Source: Candidatus Saccharimonadales bacterium (GTDB lineage Bacteria > Patescibacteriota > Saccharimonadia > Saccharimonadales > OMJO01). Taken from it: a stretch of 64,000 bases of DNA. The position numbers were made by a program, and so were the translations under genes. Shown piece by piece: positions 26,405-35,713 of the stretch. The stretch's first letter is position 1. The number at the start of each line of letters is the position of its first letter. Below the pieces are notes generated by a model, which was not told the origin of the DNA, ran no database searches, and saw only the letters and a list, made by a program, of their open reading frames with translations. The stretch is taken from the NCBI GenBank assembly GCA_038213615.1, contig JBBQSV010000001.1:4032-68031 (forward strand), given 5' to 3'.

Positions 26405-27598
26405 ATGTTTGAATCAGTAGCTATTTTGGGCCGCCAGCCAGAACTAGGCCAGGCCGAGTTAGAAAGTCTGTTAGGCGCAGATAAGGTTCAGTCCGTGGGC
26501 AACAACGTGGCCTTGATTGATGTGGATCTGTGCGGCTTTGGCATAAACCGATTAGGTGGCAGCCTAAAGCTGGGCAAGGTCCTAACTGCCCTAGACACCA
26601 CCAACTGGCACAAGATCCAAGATTATCTGGTGAAAGTTTCGCCAGCCCATGTTCAGCGCGCACCAGAGGGTAAGTTTCGCTTGGGCCTGAGTGTTTATGG
26701 GCTGGATGTTGCCCCCAGGCAGATCAATGCCACGGCCCTGGCATTAAAAAAGGTCATGAAACAACACCGCAATGTCCGAGTCATCCCAAACAACGAAAAA
26801 GAACTATCCACCGCCCAGGTTTTGCATAACAAACTAGCCGAGCCCTCTGCCTGGGAACTGTTGATCATAAAAGACGGCAACAAAACTATACTGGCCCAGA
26901 CTATGTTCGTACAAGATATCAATGCCTACGCCGCCCGTGATCAAGCCAGACCCAAACGTGACGCCCGTGTAGGCATGCTACCCCCTAAACTAGCCCAGAT
27001 CATCATCAACCTAGCTGGTTCACATATGCGACCAGAAGACGCCAACCTAGATCCTAATAAAACTTATCCCCGGTCTGTTGTTCTGGATCCCTTTTGTGGA
27101 ACGGGTGTAGTGTTACAAGAAGCTCTTTTGATGGGGTACGAGGTAATCGGCACCGATTTAGAACCCAGAATGGTAGATTACTCCCAGCAAAACCTAGATT
27201 GGCTAAAAGCCCATGGTGAGTACAAACTCGCGGTTGCTGATGCCACATCAGCTAAATGGGACGGGTTCAATCTGGTGGCTTGCGAAGCATATCTAGGTCG
27301 GCCCTTCTCTGCCGAACCCAAACCCGACGTGTTGAAAACTGTGACTAGCGATGCCAACATCATAATCAAAAAATTTTTGCGAAATCTAGCCAATCAAACT
27401 CAGCCAGGTTTTAGATTATGCATAGCCGTGCCGGCTTGGTTTGTGGGTAGCCAAACAAAACACCTGCCGGTTCTTGACCAATTAACAGATATGGGGTATA
27501 CTCGTGTGAGTTTTGTTCAGGCTGGCGATAGACCACTAATCTACCGACGCCCAGGCCAAATAGTCGGCCGTGAACTAGTAGTACTAACAAGGAAGTAA
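26405..27598 (+). CDS. putative RNA/DNA methyltransferase (class I SAM fold, Trm11/RlmL-like C-terminal half)
   Basis: VLDPFCGTGVVLQEA motif I and an acidic TDLEP motif II. The N-terminal half is unassigned. Confidence 0.6.
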   Translation: MFESVAILGRQPELGQAELESLLGADKVQSVGNNVALIDVDLCGFGINRLGGSLKLGKVLTALDTTNWHKIQDYLVKVSPAHVQRAPEGKFRLGLSVYGLDVAPRQINATALALKKVMKQHRNVRVIPNNEKELSTAQVLHNKLAEPSAWELLIIKDGNKTILAQTMFVQDINAYAARDQARPKRDARVGMLPPKLAQIIINLAGSHMRPEDANLDPNKTYPRSVVLDPFCGTGVVLQEALLMGYEVIGTDLEPRMVDYSQQNLDWLKAHGEYKLAVADATSAKWDGFNLVACEAYLGRPFSAEPKPDVLKTVTSDANIIIKKFLRNLANQTQPGFRLCIAVPAWFVGSQTKHLPVLDQLTDMGYTRVSFVQAGDRPLIYRRPGQIVGRELVVLTRK

Positions 27599-27599
27599 T

Positions 27600-27872
27600 A
27601 TGTCACACGTCAAAGCTGGTGGAACCAGCAAAAACAATCACGATAGTCCCGGCCAACGGCTTGGGGTTAAACTATTTGGTGGTGAAAAAGTCAAAAATGG
27701 TCAGGTTATTGTCCGCCAGGTTGGCCAGACCAAACGTGCCGGCAAAGGCACTTATTTGAGCCGTAACTTCACCATCCACGCTGCCAAGGATGGCGAGGTC
27801 AAGTATGGTAGCCGTCGTGTGCGCCTATTTAGCGGTAAATCTGTATTCCGTACCGAAGTCACCGTCGAATAA
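27600..27872 (+). CDS. rpmA: 50S ribosomal protein L27
   Basis: MSHVKAGGTSKNNHDSPGQRLGVK, a canonical L27 N-terminus. Confidence 0.95.
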   Translation: MSHVKAGGTSKNNHDSPGQRLGVKLFGGEKVKNGQVIVRQVGQTKRAGKGTYLSRNFTIHAAKDGEVKYGSRRVRLFSGKSVFRTEVTVE

Positions 27873-29525
27873 TTAGGCCGCTCTTCGCAGTCCTATTTCT
27901 TTAACTGCATCCTTAGTAATACTGCCTCTGTCAACTCGTACCCTGACCGCATCAATAGGCCTACGCCTAGTTACATTAGTGACATTATCATCTGTAAAGA
28001 TTATGCCTAGAGTTGTCTTCTCAGCCTGCATCTTAGAGGCTGCACCGTAAATATCTACTCCATTAACTCCCTTTGCAGCTAAGTTCTTGCCAAGACTACT
28101 CACTACAGAGTCCACTGGTTCGTGGCTTTGTTCATCCAACACTTCCCGCGTATTTACATCTACATCTGTGGCAACATTACAGGCCACAAAAATAATCTTT
28201 TTCCTACCTTCATCCTCAGCAGGATCGTCAATTGAGCGACTTGGTTTCATGTAATCAGCCACAAATCGACCGATTCCCTGAGCCTGTGGTATAGGACGTT
28301 CTATTTCAAGCGGGTTACCTGTTGTCTGTTCATTAATTAACCGTGATACCGCTGTGGTGCCAGCCACCACAGCCAATTCATATTTTTTGGCTTCGGGGTC
28401 TCGTAAGTCTGCCGTCGCAAATTCGCCTGGGCCACTATGAGCTGCAAGAATAATAGTGGAGGGATTGATCCCATGTTTTTTTAGCGCGGAACCCGTTCTA
28501 TAAATATCGCTTAAAGAGCTTATTTCAAAGAATAGTGTGCGCTCACCCGCATCCAGTTCATCCGGCAGGTCTTCAAATATACCACTGTGATCACCAAATC
28601 GATTAATCATAACTACATTTACATCATGATCCTCTAGTTGGCTAGCAACGGCCGCTGGGTCGCTCACAAACTTATCCATCCGCTCTAATTGATCAATAGA
28701 ATAACTAAAGAGGCCATAAATGCCAGTACGATTGGTTAGAGCACGAATCTTATCACTACCAAAGTGTTCAAACTTCCTAATTATATCGGGGACTTTGCTG
28801 GGGCCAGTATTACGTCGAGAAGCTCCAAAAACATAGCTGGACGCCTCGGCTTCATCAATACCGGTTGCCCGTGATAAAACTTCTGTCATCCATTGATGAT
28901 TATCTTCTTGACATTCAGGCCATTTTTTTTCTTCGTCGCCTTCTGTATGCCTTATTATAGTAACTACACTTTCCGACACCATCATACCGCGCACTTTATC
29001 TTTAAAAGCATCACCGCCAATACCAAATAAACCCTTAAGGCTATCTAGTCCATAGGCGTTCTTAAGAACTTCCATCTCTGGATCTGACCAAACTTCTACA
29101 CCACCATCTTTTTTACCAGTATCTGCCAACACTCTCAGAATGTTGTTGTGAAGAGGACCATCTTCGGCTTCTTGGTTCAGAGCTTGCCCCAATGGTCCCG
29201 CACCAAACTCGCCTGCTACTACTCTAAGAGGATCATAAACATACCTGTTTTTTTGTACTTGTCCCTTTAACTCATTCTGCCTAGTATAAAGCTGAAAATA
29301 AGTGTAAACGTCTTCGGCCCCTGGCCCGCCATTTCGTATCTGGTCTTTTATCTCATTATCTAGGTCAATCCGAGATCGGACCCACCACCACTCAGGAAAG
29401 TCACCTTCCGCTTGAGCAGCCGGTAATTCTGCTTCAAGTCTATCTAATTGCTCTTGCCACAGACTAAAGTTAGCACTCAGACCTGCTTGCTCATTGTCTT
29501 CAACCGGTAATGATTCATCGCTCAT
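27873..29525 (-). CDS. hypothetical 550-aa protein with clan-CD-peptidase-like His/Cys dyad in C-terminal half
   Basis: Hydrophobic strand plus His (TIILAAH363SG) and hydrophobic strand plus Ala-Cys (IIFVAC449N). No signal peptide. It has its own promoter and is insulated by a terminator. Confidence 0.7.
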   Translation of the reverse strand: MSDESLPVEDNEQAGLSANFSLWQEQLDRLEAELPAAQAEGDFPEWWWVRSRIDLDNEIKDQIRNGGPGAEDVYTYFQLYTRQNELKGQVQKNRYVYDPLRVVAGEFGAGPLGQALNQEAEDGPLHNNILRVLADTGKKDGGVEVWSDPEMEVLKNAYGLDSLKGLFGIGGDAFKDKVRGMMVSESVVTIIRHTEGDEEKKWPECQEDNHQWMTEVLSRATGIDEAEASSYVFGASRRNTGPSKVPDIIRKFEHFGSDKIRALTNRTGIYGLFSYSIDQLERMDKFVSDPAAVASQLEDHDVNVVMINRFGDHSGIFEDLPDELDAGERTLFFEISSLSDIYRTGSALKKHGINPSTIILAAHSGPGEFATADLRDPEAKKYELAVVAGTTAVSRLINEQTTGNPLEIERPIPQAQGIGRFVADYMKPSRSIDDPAEDEGRKKIIFVACNVATDVDVNTREVLDEQSHEPVDSVVSSLGKNLAAKGVNGVDIYGAASKMQAEKTTLGIIFTDDNVTNVTRRRPIDAVRVRVDRGSITKDAVKEIGLRRAA

Positions 29526-29549
29526 TTTTGTTTTCTATTAACTGACGTA

Positions 29550-29578
29550 ACTATAGCATAAGCTTTATAAAAAGTCAA
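29550..29578 (-). promoter_or_regulatory. candidate promoter TTGACT-17-TATAGT for the 550-aa gene
   Basis: Read on the minus strand; the -10 box ends 24 nt before ATG 29525. Confidence 0.45.
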
Positions 29579-29610
29579 TCTGTAGCACCTCTGTAAGCTA
29601 CAAATGAAAT

Positions 29611-29643
29611 AAAAAAACCGCCCTTTTCGGGGCGGTTTTTTTT
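29611..29643 (-). terminator. intrinsic (bidirectional-type) terminator
   Basis: AAAAAAA-CCGCCC-ttttcg-GGGCGG-TTTTTTTT, located 16 nt downstream of the small ORF stop. Confidence 0.8.
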
Positions 29644-29658
29644 GTAAACCAAGTTGGA

Positions 29659-29874
29659 TTACATTGCTGTGCCGGCGTCAACACCCTCGGCGGGTGCGTC
29701 AGCTGCAGGAGCATCGGCTGCTGGTGCAGCGCCCATGCCGTCATCGGCTGCTGGTGCGTCAGCAGCAGGAGCTGCAGAAACATCGCCACCAACTACAGGT
29801 TCAACTGGAGCTGCTGGTGCAGCCGCAGGATCAACAGCTGGTTGTTGAGTTGGGTCTGGTACTTGTCCATCCAT
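29659..29874 (-). CDS. 71-aa acidic Ala/Pro/Asp-rich low-complexity protein
   Basis: AAGGAA lies 8 nt upstream of the ATG and a terminator follows the stop. Contains repeats AAPAADAPAAD. Four frames are open here because of low complexity; only this frame has these signals. Confidence 0.5.
   Translation of the reverse strand: MDGQVPDPTQQPAVDPAAAPAAPVEPVVGGDVSAAPAADAPAADDGMGAAPAADAPAADAPAEGVDAGTAM
29694..29772. repeat. imperfect tandem DNA repeats inside the Ala/Pro-rich ORF
   Basis: CATCGGCTGCTGGTGC occurs at 29712 and 29742. GTGCGTCAGC(T/A)GCAGGAGC occurs at 29694 and 29754. Confidence 0.6.
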
Positions 29875-29956
29875 AATATGGTTCCTTTTTTATATTAATG
29901 TTAACAAACCTAGTGTGTCACAAACTATATGTTTGTGCAAACAAAATACATTATTA

Positions 29957-30457
29957 CTACGCCGCTAAACCAAGGTGCCGCTTGATGCGGTCTACAACAT
30001 CGGCAATAACTACCTGTGATTTGACCAAATAATCATCTACACCCAGACTAATTGCCCGCTGTTTGTCGGCTTCTTGGCTTAGTGCCGTCAGCATAACAAC
30101 CTTTAGATTAGTCGTTTCGGGAGTGTTACGCATAATATCTAAAACGTCAAAACCACTAACCTTGGGCATCATAACATCTAGTAAAACTAGGTCTGGTTTG
30201 TACTCTATGGCCGCAGCCAGCGCATCTTCGCCGTTGGGCACACGACGCACATCGAAGCCCTCCGCCTGCATGCGAGTGATGTAAACACTGGCTAGTGCAT
30301 CGTCGTCTTCTACCATCAGGATTTTCTTGGTTGTACCACTGGGTCCAGCGGGTGCCGGAGCTGCAATGGACGAGGCTGACGGTGATGGACTAGCCGGTTG
30401 GCTGGGCGCTACTGGTGGCTGAGTGTTTTGGTCTTCGTTTTTAGTTTGGTCATCCAT
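29957..30457 (-). CDS. single-domain response regulator (canonical receiver) with Pro/Ser/Ala-rich N-terminal tail
   Basis: MVEDDD, LVLLDVMMP (Asp present), VVMLTA and DYLVKS motifs. Confidence 0.85.
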   Translation of the reverse strand: MDDQTKNEDQNTQPPVAPSQPASPSPSASSIAAPAPAGPSGTTKKILMVEDDDALASVYITRMQAEGFDVRRVPNGEDALAAAIEYKPDLVLLDVMMPKVSGFDVLDIMRNTPETTNLKVVMLTALSQEADKQRAISLGVDDYLVKSQVVIADVVDRIKRHLGLAA

Positions 30458-30493
30458 AATGCTAATGCTATCACGATTTGCTTGGTTAACAAA

Positions 30494-32098
30494 CTAGTGT
30501 TTGATAGCTTTTATGAAGCCATCAAACATAGGATGTGGCCGGTTGGGTCTAGACTTAAACTCCGGATGAAACTGACTGGCCAAGAAAAACGGGTGCCCTG
30601 GGGCTTCTATCATTTCTACTAGTTCACCGTCGGGGCTAGTGCCACTGGCCAGGATACCCCACTTTTGATACAGATCACGGTAGTCATTATTGCATTCCAG
30701 CCGGTGCCGGTGCCGCTCTACAATATTTGCCTGATGGTAAACTTTGGCAGCCAGAGTCTTGGGTGCAATATGGCACGGATAATCCCCCAGACGCATGGTG
30801 CCACCAGTGTTGTGTTTGCCCTCCTGGCCCACCATGGTGCTAATAACTTTATCCTTAGCCTTGGGATTTAGCTCTTCTGAAGTAGCGTTTTTTATCCCAG
30901 CGTTACGCGCAGCAGCTATCACTGCCATTTGTAAGCCCAAGCATAGACCTAAATACGGAGTTTTATTCTTCAAACAATACTGGGCTGCCTTGATCTTGCC
31001 TTCTAGACCACGAGTACCAAAACCGCCCGGCACCACAACGCCATCACAAGCCCGCAGAACACTAGCCGCTTTTACACTTTGTTTGGTCAGATGCTCCGAG
31101 TCTATCCATTTAATGTTAACGTTTACGTCGTTCCACCAGGCTGCAGAACGGAGCGCTTCGAACACCGACATGTAGGTATCTTGATTGTCCATATACTTGG
31201 CCACCACCCCAACTGTGACAGATTTTTTATAAGTAGTATTGGCCCTGTTTACAGTCTCGCGCCAACTTTTTAGAACCGGCCGTTTAACTTTCAGCCCCAG
31301 TTTTTTGCAGACCAGATCGGCAATGCCAGTTTGTTCTAGTGTCAGTGGAACTTCGTAAACTGTTTGGGCGTTGGGCAAAGATACAATGGCTGGCTCTGGC
31401 ACGCCAGATAGCAGGCTCAGTTTTTCACGGGCCCGGACCTCTGCTGGGCCTTCGCTCCTAGCCACCAAAAAGTCTGGCAGTATGCCCATACCCCGCAGAT
31501 CACGAACGGAATTTTGGGCTGGTTTAGTCTTGGTTTCTTTACTGGCTCCCAAAAATGGCAGATAAACCACGTGCATGTAGATAGCATTTTTGGGGCCAGC
31601 GTTCAGGCCCAGCTCACGAATTGCCTCTATAAAACTAAGGCTTTCGTAGTCACCCACTGTGCCACCAATTTCTACAATATGTACATCAAAACCGCTACCG
31701 GCCGCTATGATGAACTTTTCCATAGCTTTTATCAGGTGTGGTATCACCTGTACATCATCGCCATGGTACTTGCCGGCGCGCTCATCGGCGATAACTTTTT
31801 GCAACACCCGACCGCTCATCAGACTACTGTTTTTGTCGAGCTCTTGATCTAGGAATCGTTCGTAGTGGCCTAGGTCTAGATCCGTCTCGGCACCGTCATA
31901 GGTCACGAAACATTCACCGTGTTCTCTTGGATTCAGCAAGCCTGCATCCACATTTAGATACGGGTCGCACTTCTGTACGTTTACTCTTAGTCCTCTGGCT
32001 TTTAGTAGATTACCGATAGACGCAGCCGTAATGCCCTTGCCTAAACCAGATAACACCCCACCTGTCACGAATATATACTTAACCGGCCGTTTTGCCAC
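30494..32098 (-). CDS. pyrG: CTP synthase
   Basis: KYIFVTGGVLSGLGKG N-terminus and a GATase domain (GLCLGLQ, HRHRLE). GTG start with an AGAGGGA Shine-Dalgarno. Confidence 0.97.
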   Translation of the reverse strand: MAKRPVKYIFVTGGVLSGLGKGITAASIGNLLKARGLRVNVQKCDPYLNVDAGLLNPREHGECFVTYDGAETDLDLGHYERFLDQELDKNSSLMSGRVLQKVIADERAGKYHGDDVQVIPHLIKAMEKFIIAAGSGFDVHIVEIGGTVGDYESLSFIEAIRELGLNAGPKNAIYMHVVYLPFLGASKETKTKPAQNSVRDLRGMGILPDFLVARSEGPAEVRAREKLSLLSGVPEPAIVSLPNAQTVYEVPLTLEQTGIADLVCKKLGLKVKRPVLKSWRETVNRANTTYKKSVTVGVVAKYMDNQDTYMSVFEALRSAAWWNDVNVNIKWIDSEHLTKQSVKAASVLRACDGVVVPGGFGTRGLEGKIKAAQYCLKNKTPYLGLCLGLQMAVIAAARNAGIKNATSEELNPKAKDKVISTMVGQEGKHNTGGTMRLGDYPCHIAPKTLAAKVYHQANIVERHRHRLECNNDYRDLYQKWGILASGTSPDGELVEMIEAPGHPFFLASQFHPEFKSRPNRPHPMFDGFIKAIKH

Positions 32099-32193
32099 GT
32101 CTATCCCTCTTTTATGATCGTAGATTAACCTAGATAATCAGCGGCTACAATGGTGGAAAATACCACACCAGTATTTGACAATTGAACAAATAA

Positions 32194-33435
32194 TTATTTC
32201 AGTGATGCTTCGGCTGCAAGTAGCTGTGAATCATGAACAGCTTTAATGTCCGCGTCGCTGATCTTTACTACTTTATCGGGGGTTATGCCCTCTTTATCGA
32301 TATTCTTGCCACCCGGGGTATACCAGCGAGCGATAGTAACTTTTAGTACGCTGCCGTCATTTAGATCCTCTACCTGCTGTACGCTGCCTTTGCCAAATGA
32401 TTTTTCGCCCATCAGAGTGGCGACTTTATTATCCCTAAGAGCTCCAGCGGTAATCTCGCTGGCACTGGCGCTACCGCCATCTATCAGTACAACTGTTGGT
32501 ATGCCCTGCAGTGTATCGGTACCATCTGATTGATAGGTGCGAATAACCTGGCCGCCGCGACGTTCGGTCAGAACAGTTTTATCACTAGGCAGCCACAAGC
32601 TAGATACTTTTACGGCAGAATCTAGTAAGCCGCCGGGGTCGCCGCGCAAGTCCAAAATTATGCCGTGTACATGGGCGGCCTTGAACTTGTTGGCCGCAGC
32701 CGTGGACAGATCGGCCGTGTCCTCGCCAAAGCGTGATATCTGCAAATAACCGATGTTACCAGGTAAGATTTTAGATTTAACACTTGGTATAGAGATCGTT
32801 GCCCTGGTAATAGTAAAGCTAAGCTCTTTGTTGTTACGAACGACCTTTAGGGTCACCTTGCTACCGGCTGGGCCACGAATTTGGGTAACCACTTGATCAA
32901 CACCCAGGTTGGTGGTTGACTTGCCATCAACTGATTCAATAATGTCTTTTGGCTTTAACCCCGCTTTTTGGGCTGGGAACCCATCTAACGGCGATATAAC
33001 TACGATGTTGTTGTCGCGCTTGCCTAGTTCGGCGCCAATGCCACTGAATGTACCACTTAGTTGATTGCTAAAGTCAGTAGCTGCTTTGCTGTTCATGTAC
33101 ACGGTGTACGGATCCCCAGCAGCAGTAGCCAGGCCCTGCTTTAGGCCGTCAAGCAACTGGTCGGCCGTCAGTTTACCATCATAATCACGACGCAAGGTGT
33201 CGTAAACCTTTTGCACCGAACTTAGATCTAGTTTGGAAGATAAACCAGCGTTTTCGGACTTGTGAAATACAGAGTCACGCCCCAAACTAATCTTGCCCTG
33301 GCCTACTCCTACTCCAAGCAAGAATATAGCCGCCGCTAGAGCAACCGTAACGGCGCCACGCAGTAGTCTGGCTAGCAAACTAATACTAGGTTTTGGTTTT
33401 AACTCCATGCTCTTTTTACCTACTGTCCCTCGCAT
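32194..33435 (-). CDS. ctpA: S41 carboxyl-terminal processing protease with PDZ domain
   Basis: N-terminal TM, a PDZ domain (GFPAQKAGLKPKDII), DLRGDPGGLL and SASASEI motifs. Confidence 0.9.
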   Translation of the reverse strand: MRGTVGKKSMELKPKPSISLLARLLRGAVTVALAAAIFLLGVGVGQGKISLGRDSVFHKSENAGLSSKLDLSSVQKVYDTLRRDYDGKLTADQLLDGLKQGLATAAGDPYTVYMNSKAATDFSNQLSGTFSGIGAELGKRDNNIVVISPLDGFPAQKAGLKPKDIIESVDGKSTTNLGVDQVVTQIRGPAGSKVTLKVVRNNKELSFTITRATISIPSVKSKILPGNIGYLQISRFGEDTADLSTAAANKFKAAHVHGIILDLRGDPGGLLDSAVKVSSLWLPSDKTVLTERRGGQVIRTYQSDGTDTLQGIPTVVLIDGGSASASEITAGALRDNKVATLMGEKSFGKGSVQQVEDLNDGSVLKVTIARWYTPGGKNIDKEGITPDKVVKISDADIKAVHDSQLLAAEASLK

Positions 33436-33485
33436 TAACTAAAGCATTATAACCAGACTATTGTATCGTCTAAAGCTGAAAACTT

Positions 33486-34643
33486 CTAACGAAAGTGCAC
33501 AAACAACACGCCAGAACTTTTGACATCCATAGTGCTATACATACCGTTAACTCGCCAGTTCATTTGGCTGACATGAACCCAGCCACCACTCTGTACAGAT
33601 TCGACATACATGGCATGTCCGCTGCCACCAGACCAGGCTACTACAGCTACTGCCCCGACCTCTGGACTATGGTCAACTCGGTAATGCCCGCCTAGGCTAG
33701 ATGGCCACTGTTCGGCATTGCCTCGCCCGGCCAAATAACCAGACAAATCTATGCCCCTAGCAGCGCGATCGGCAGCATAGTGAACACACTCCCGGGCCAA
33801 ATGAAGGCCCCAAGTATCATCAACCCATGAATCCCAGGTAGCTCCACAATAGTGATAACCACCACCACACCAGCTATCACCACTCAAGTTCCTAAACTCA
33901 AAAGCGCCAACCGACCCAAAACTGGCCCCACCGCCGCCGGCGGCGGCCAGGGCAGCCTGTTGAGCATTCCGCAAGTTAACGATCTTGCCATAGTTGGCCT
34001 GTATCTGTGCATTTATTTTGGCCTGTTGTGATTCGTTCAGGGACAACAAATGGTCTTTCTCGGCCTTTTGGCTAGCCAGACCATCTTGAGCATCTTTCTT
34101 TTGGCCCAATAATTTCTGAACCCGATCTTTTTGATCTTTTAGCTGATTACGAAGTGTGGTGATGGTCTGAACAGTGGTACTAATTTTGGCCTGTACAGCA
34201 TTGCGGTATTCTTGTTTATCTAAAAAGTCGCTGAGGTTATTACTAGACGCCAACATCTCTATGGTGCTGATGTCGCCCTCTAGATACATGGTCTTGATAC
34301 TCTGCCCCAAAGTTTCTTTTTGGTAAGCTAGTTCGGCTTCTTTTTCTTTGATCTGCTTATTAATATCGGCTATCTTGGCAGTGTAGAGATTTATCTGCTT
34401 TTGTAGAGAGTTTATCTTGCCAGCTAGTTGATCAATAGTGGTCTGCAAACTATTGGCAACACCGGCTAGTTTGTCATTTTGACCCTGTTTTTGATTATTC
34501 TGCTGCTACAGCTTGTTGATTTGGGAATCAAACGAATCGGCTCGGGCGAACGGCACCACCAAAAAACTGGCACAACTGACCGATGCCATTAGCAATAAAG
34601 CGAACTTCTTGGTAATTGTTAGTTTTGACTGTTTTTGTTTCAT
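33486..34643 (-). pseudogene. PcsB-like secreted coiled-coil + CHAP peptidoglycan hydrolase interrupted by one in-frame TAG
   Basis: A signal peptide (MKQKQSKLTITKKFALLLMASVSCASFLVVPFARA/D) and the coiled-coil/CHAP part (RECVHY Cys, GHAMYVE His) share one frame. They are separated only by TAG at 34506-34508. Confidence 0.75.
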
Positions 34644-34768
34644 AGTCTTGCCCGTTTTGGCTAGCTTAGTAAACATTAGGATTATACCACGCCATTCCGT
34701 CTTTCTCAAGTCCCTCACCCTTGGGGACGACAGAAAGAACTTAGTTATTTTGCTTGGGGTCTAGAGCT

Positions 34769-35713
34769 TTATTTTGAAGTCTTAAATTTGAGGTATCGCC
34801 GCGTGGCTATTATGGACGATGCGGCTCCTATTAGTATACCAACCCCCAACTGCGAGGTCAAAATCAGCCAAAAATGCTTGGCTATGTAGTTGTTAGCGTA
34901 CTGAATGTCTAATAGCCCCAGGCTGCTGGCATTGAAGGTTGATGACGAAACCAGAAACAAAGTATTACACAGCGTGACCGATAAAATAGCCGACACTACA
35001 CCGTACAACACTGTCTCTACTACAAATGGGCCCCGAATATACCAACTGCTTGCCCCCAGTAAACGCATAATAGTTAGCTCGTCACGCCTATTGAATATGG
35101 CCATACGGATGGTGTTAAAGATAATCAACATCGACACCAGAGCGAATACGATAACACCCACAAATCCGGCTTGTCGAAAGAACCTAGTGGCCTTGGCTAT
35201 TTTGTCGATAGCCTCTTTACGGTCACCAGAGTACGACGTAGCGTCGGACTGCTCAGACTTGATTTCTGGCTTTTCTAGATAATCTTTTATCTCTTGGATC
35301 CTATTGGGGTCTTTGGGTTTGACCTGCAAACTGGCTGGCAAAGGATTGGACGTTTCTGATATGGCCACAAGCAGATTTAGGTTATCTTTGTTCTGTTCTT
35401 TATATATCTGCAAGGCTTGGTCTTTGGATACATAGTTAACAGTGTCGACATTTGAGATAGCCTGCAAATCACTGATTAACTTCTTTCGCTGGGGCTCGGT
35501 AACTGTATCTTTCAGATAAACTGATACATCAATTTTGTCGGTGATTTGCTTAACAGTGTGGGTAAACGTGGCGTTGGTAATCAGCGAAAACAGCACTATC
35601 GACAAAGTAATAACCATCACAGCTATGGCCGCAATAGCCAAAGTAGCATTACGAATAAAGTTCTGCGCCCCTGTTTTGATAATGCGCCACAGCGTTATAA
35701 GCCTGTGGCTCAT
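34769..35713 (-). CDS. ftsX: cell division ABC transporter permease-like protein FtsX
   Basis: 4-TM FtsX topology with a large first extracytoplasmic loop. Overlaps ftsE by 4 nt. Confidence 0.85.
   Translation of the reverse strand: MSHRLITLWRIIKTGAQNFIRNATLAIAAIAVMVITLSIVLFSLITNATFTHTVKQITDKIDVSVYLKDTVTEPQRKKLISDLQAISNVDTVNYVSKDQALQIYKEQNKDNLNLLVAISETSNPLPASLQVKPKDPNRIQEIKDYLEKPEIKSEQSDATSYSGDRKEAIDKIAKATRFFRQAGFVGVIVFALVSMLIIFNTIRMAIFNRRDELTIMRLLGASSWYIRGPFVVETVLYGVVSAILSVTLCNTLFLVSSSTFNASSLGLLDIQYANNYIAKHFWLILTSQLGVGILIGAASSIIATRRYLKFKTSK

Noticed and set aside
29654-29876. The repetitive GC-rich block with four overlapping open frames, considered as a CRISPR-like or other repeat array.
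   Set aside because: The repeats are imperfect, contiguous 30/60-nt coding-type tandem duplications with no spacers. Only one frame has a Shine-Dalgarno plus a terminator.
34506-34508. The in-frame TAG in the CHAP hydrolase as evidence of an alternative genetic code (as in some CPR lineages).
   Set aside because: TAG, TGA and TAA all terminate well-conserved genes in the window (TAG ends tsf and the GH1 gene; TGA ends mraY). Both RF1 (PVT motif) and RF2 (SPF motif) are encoded. All other conserved proteins read through cleanly in the standard code.
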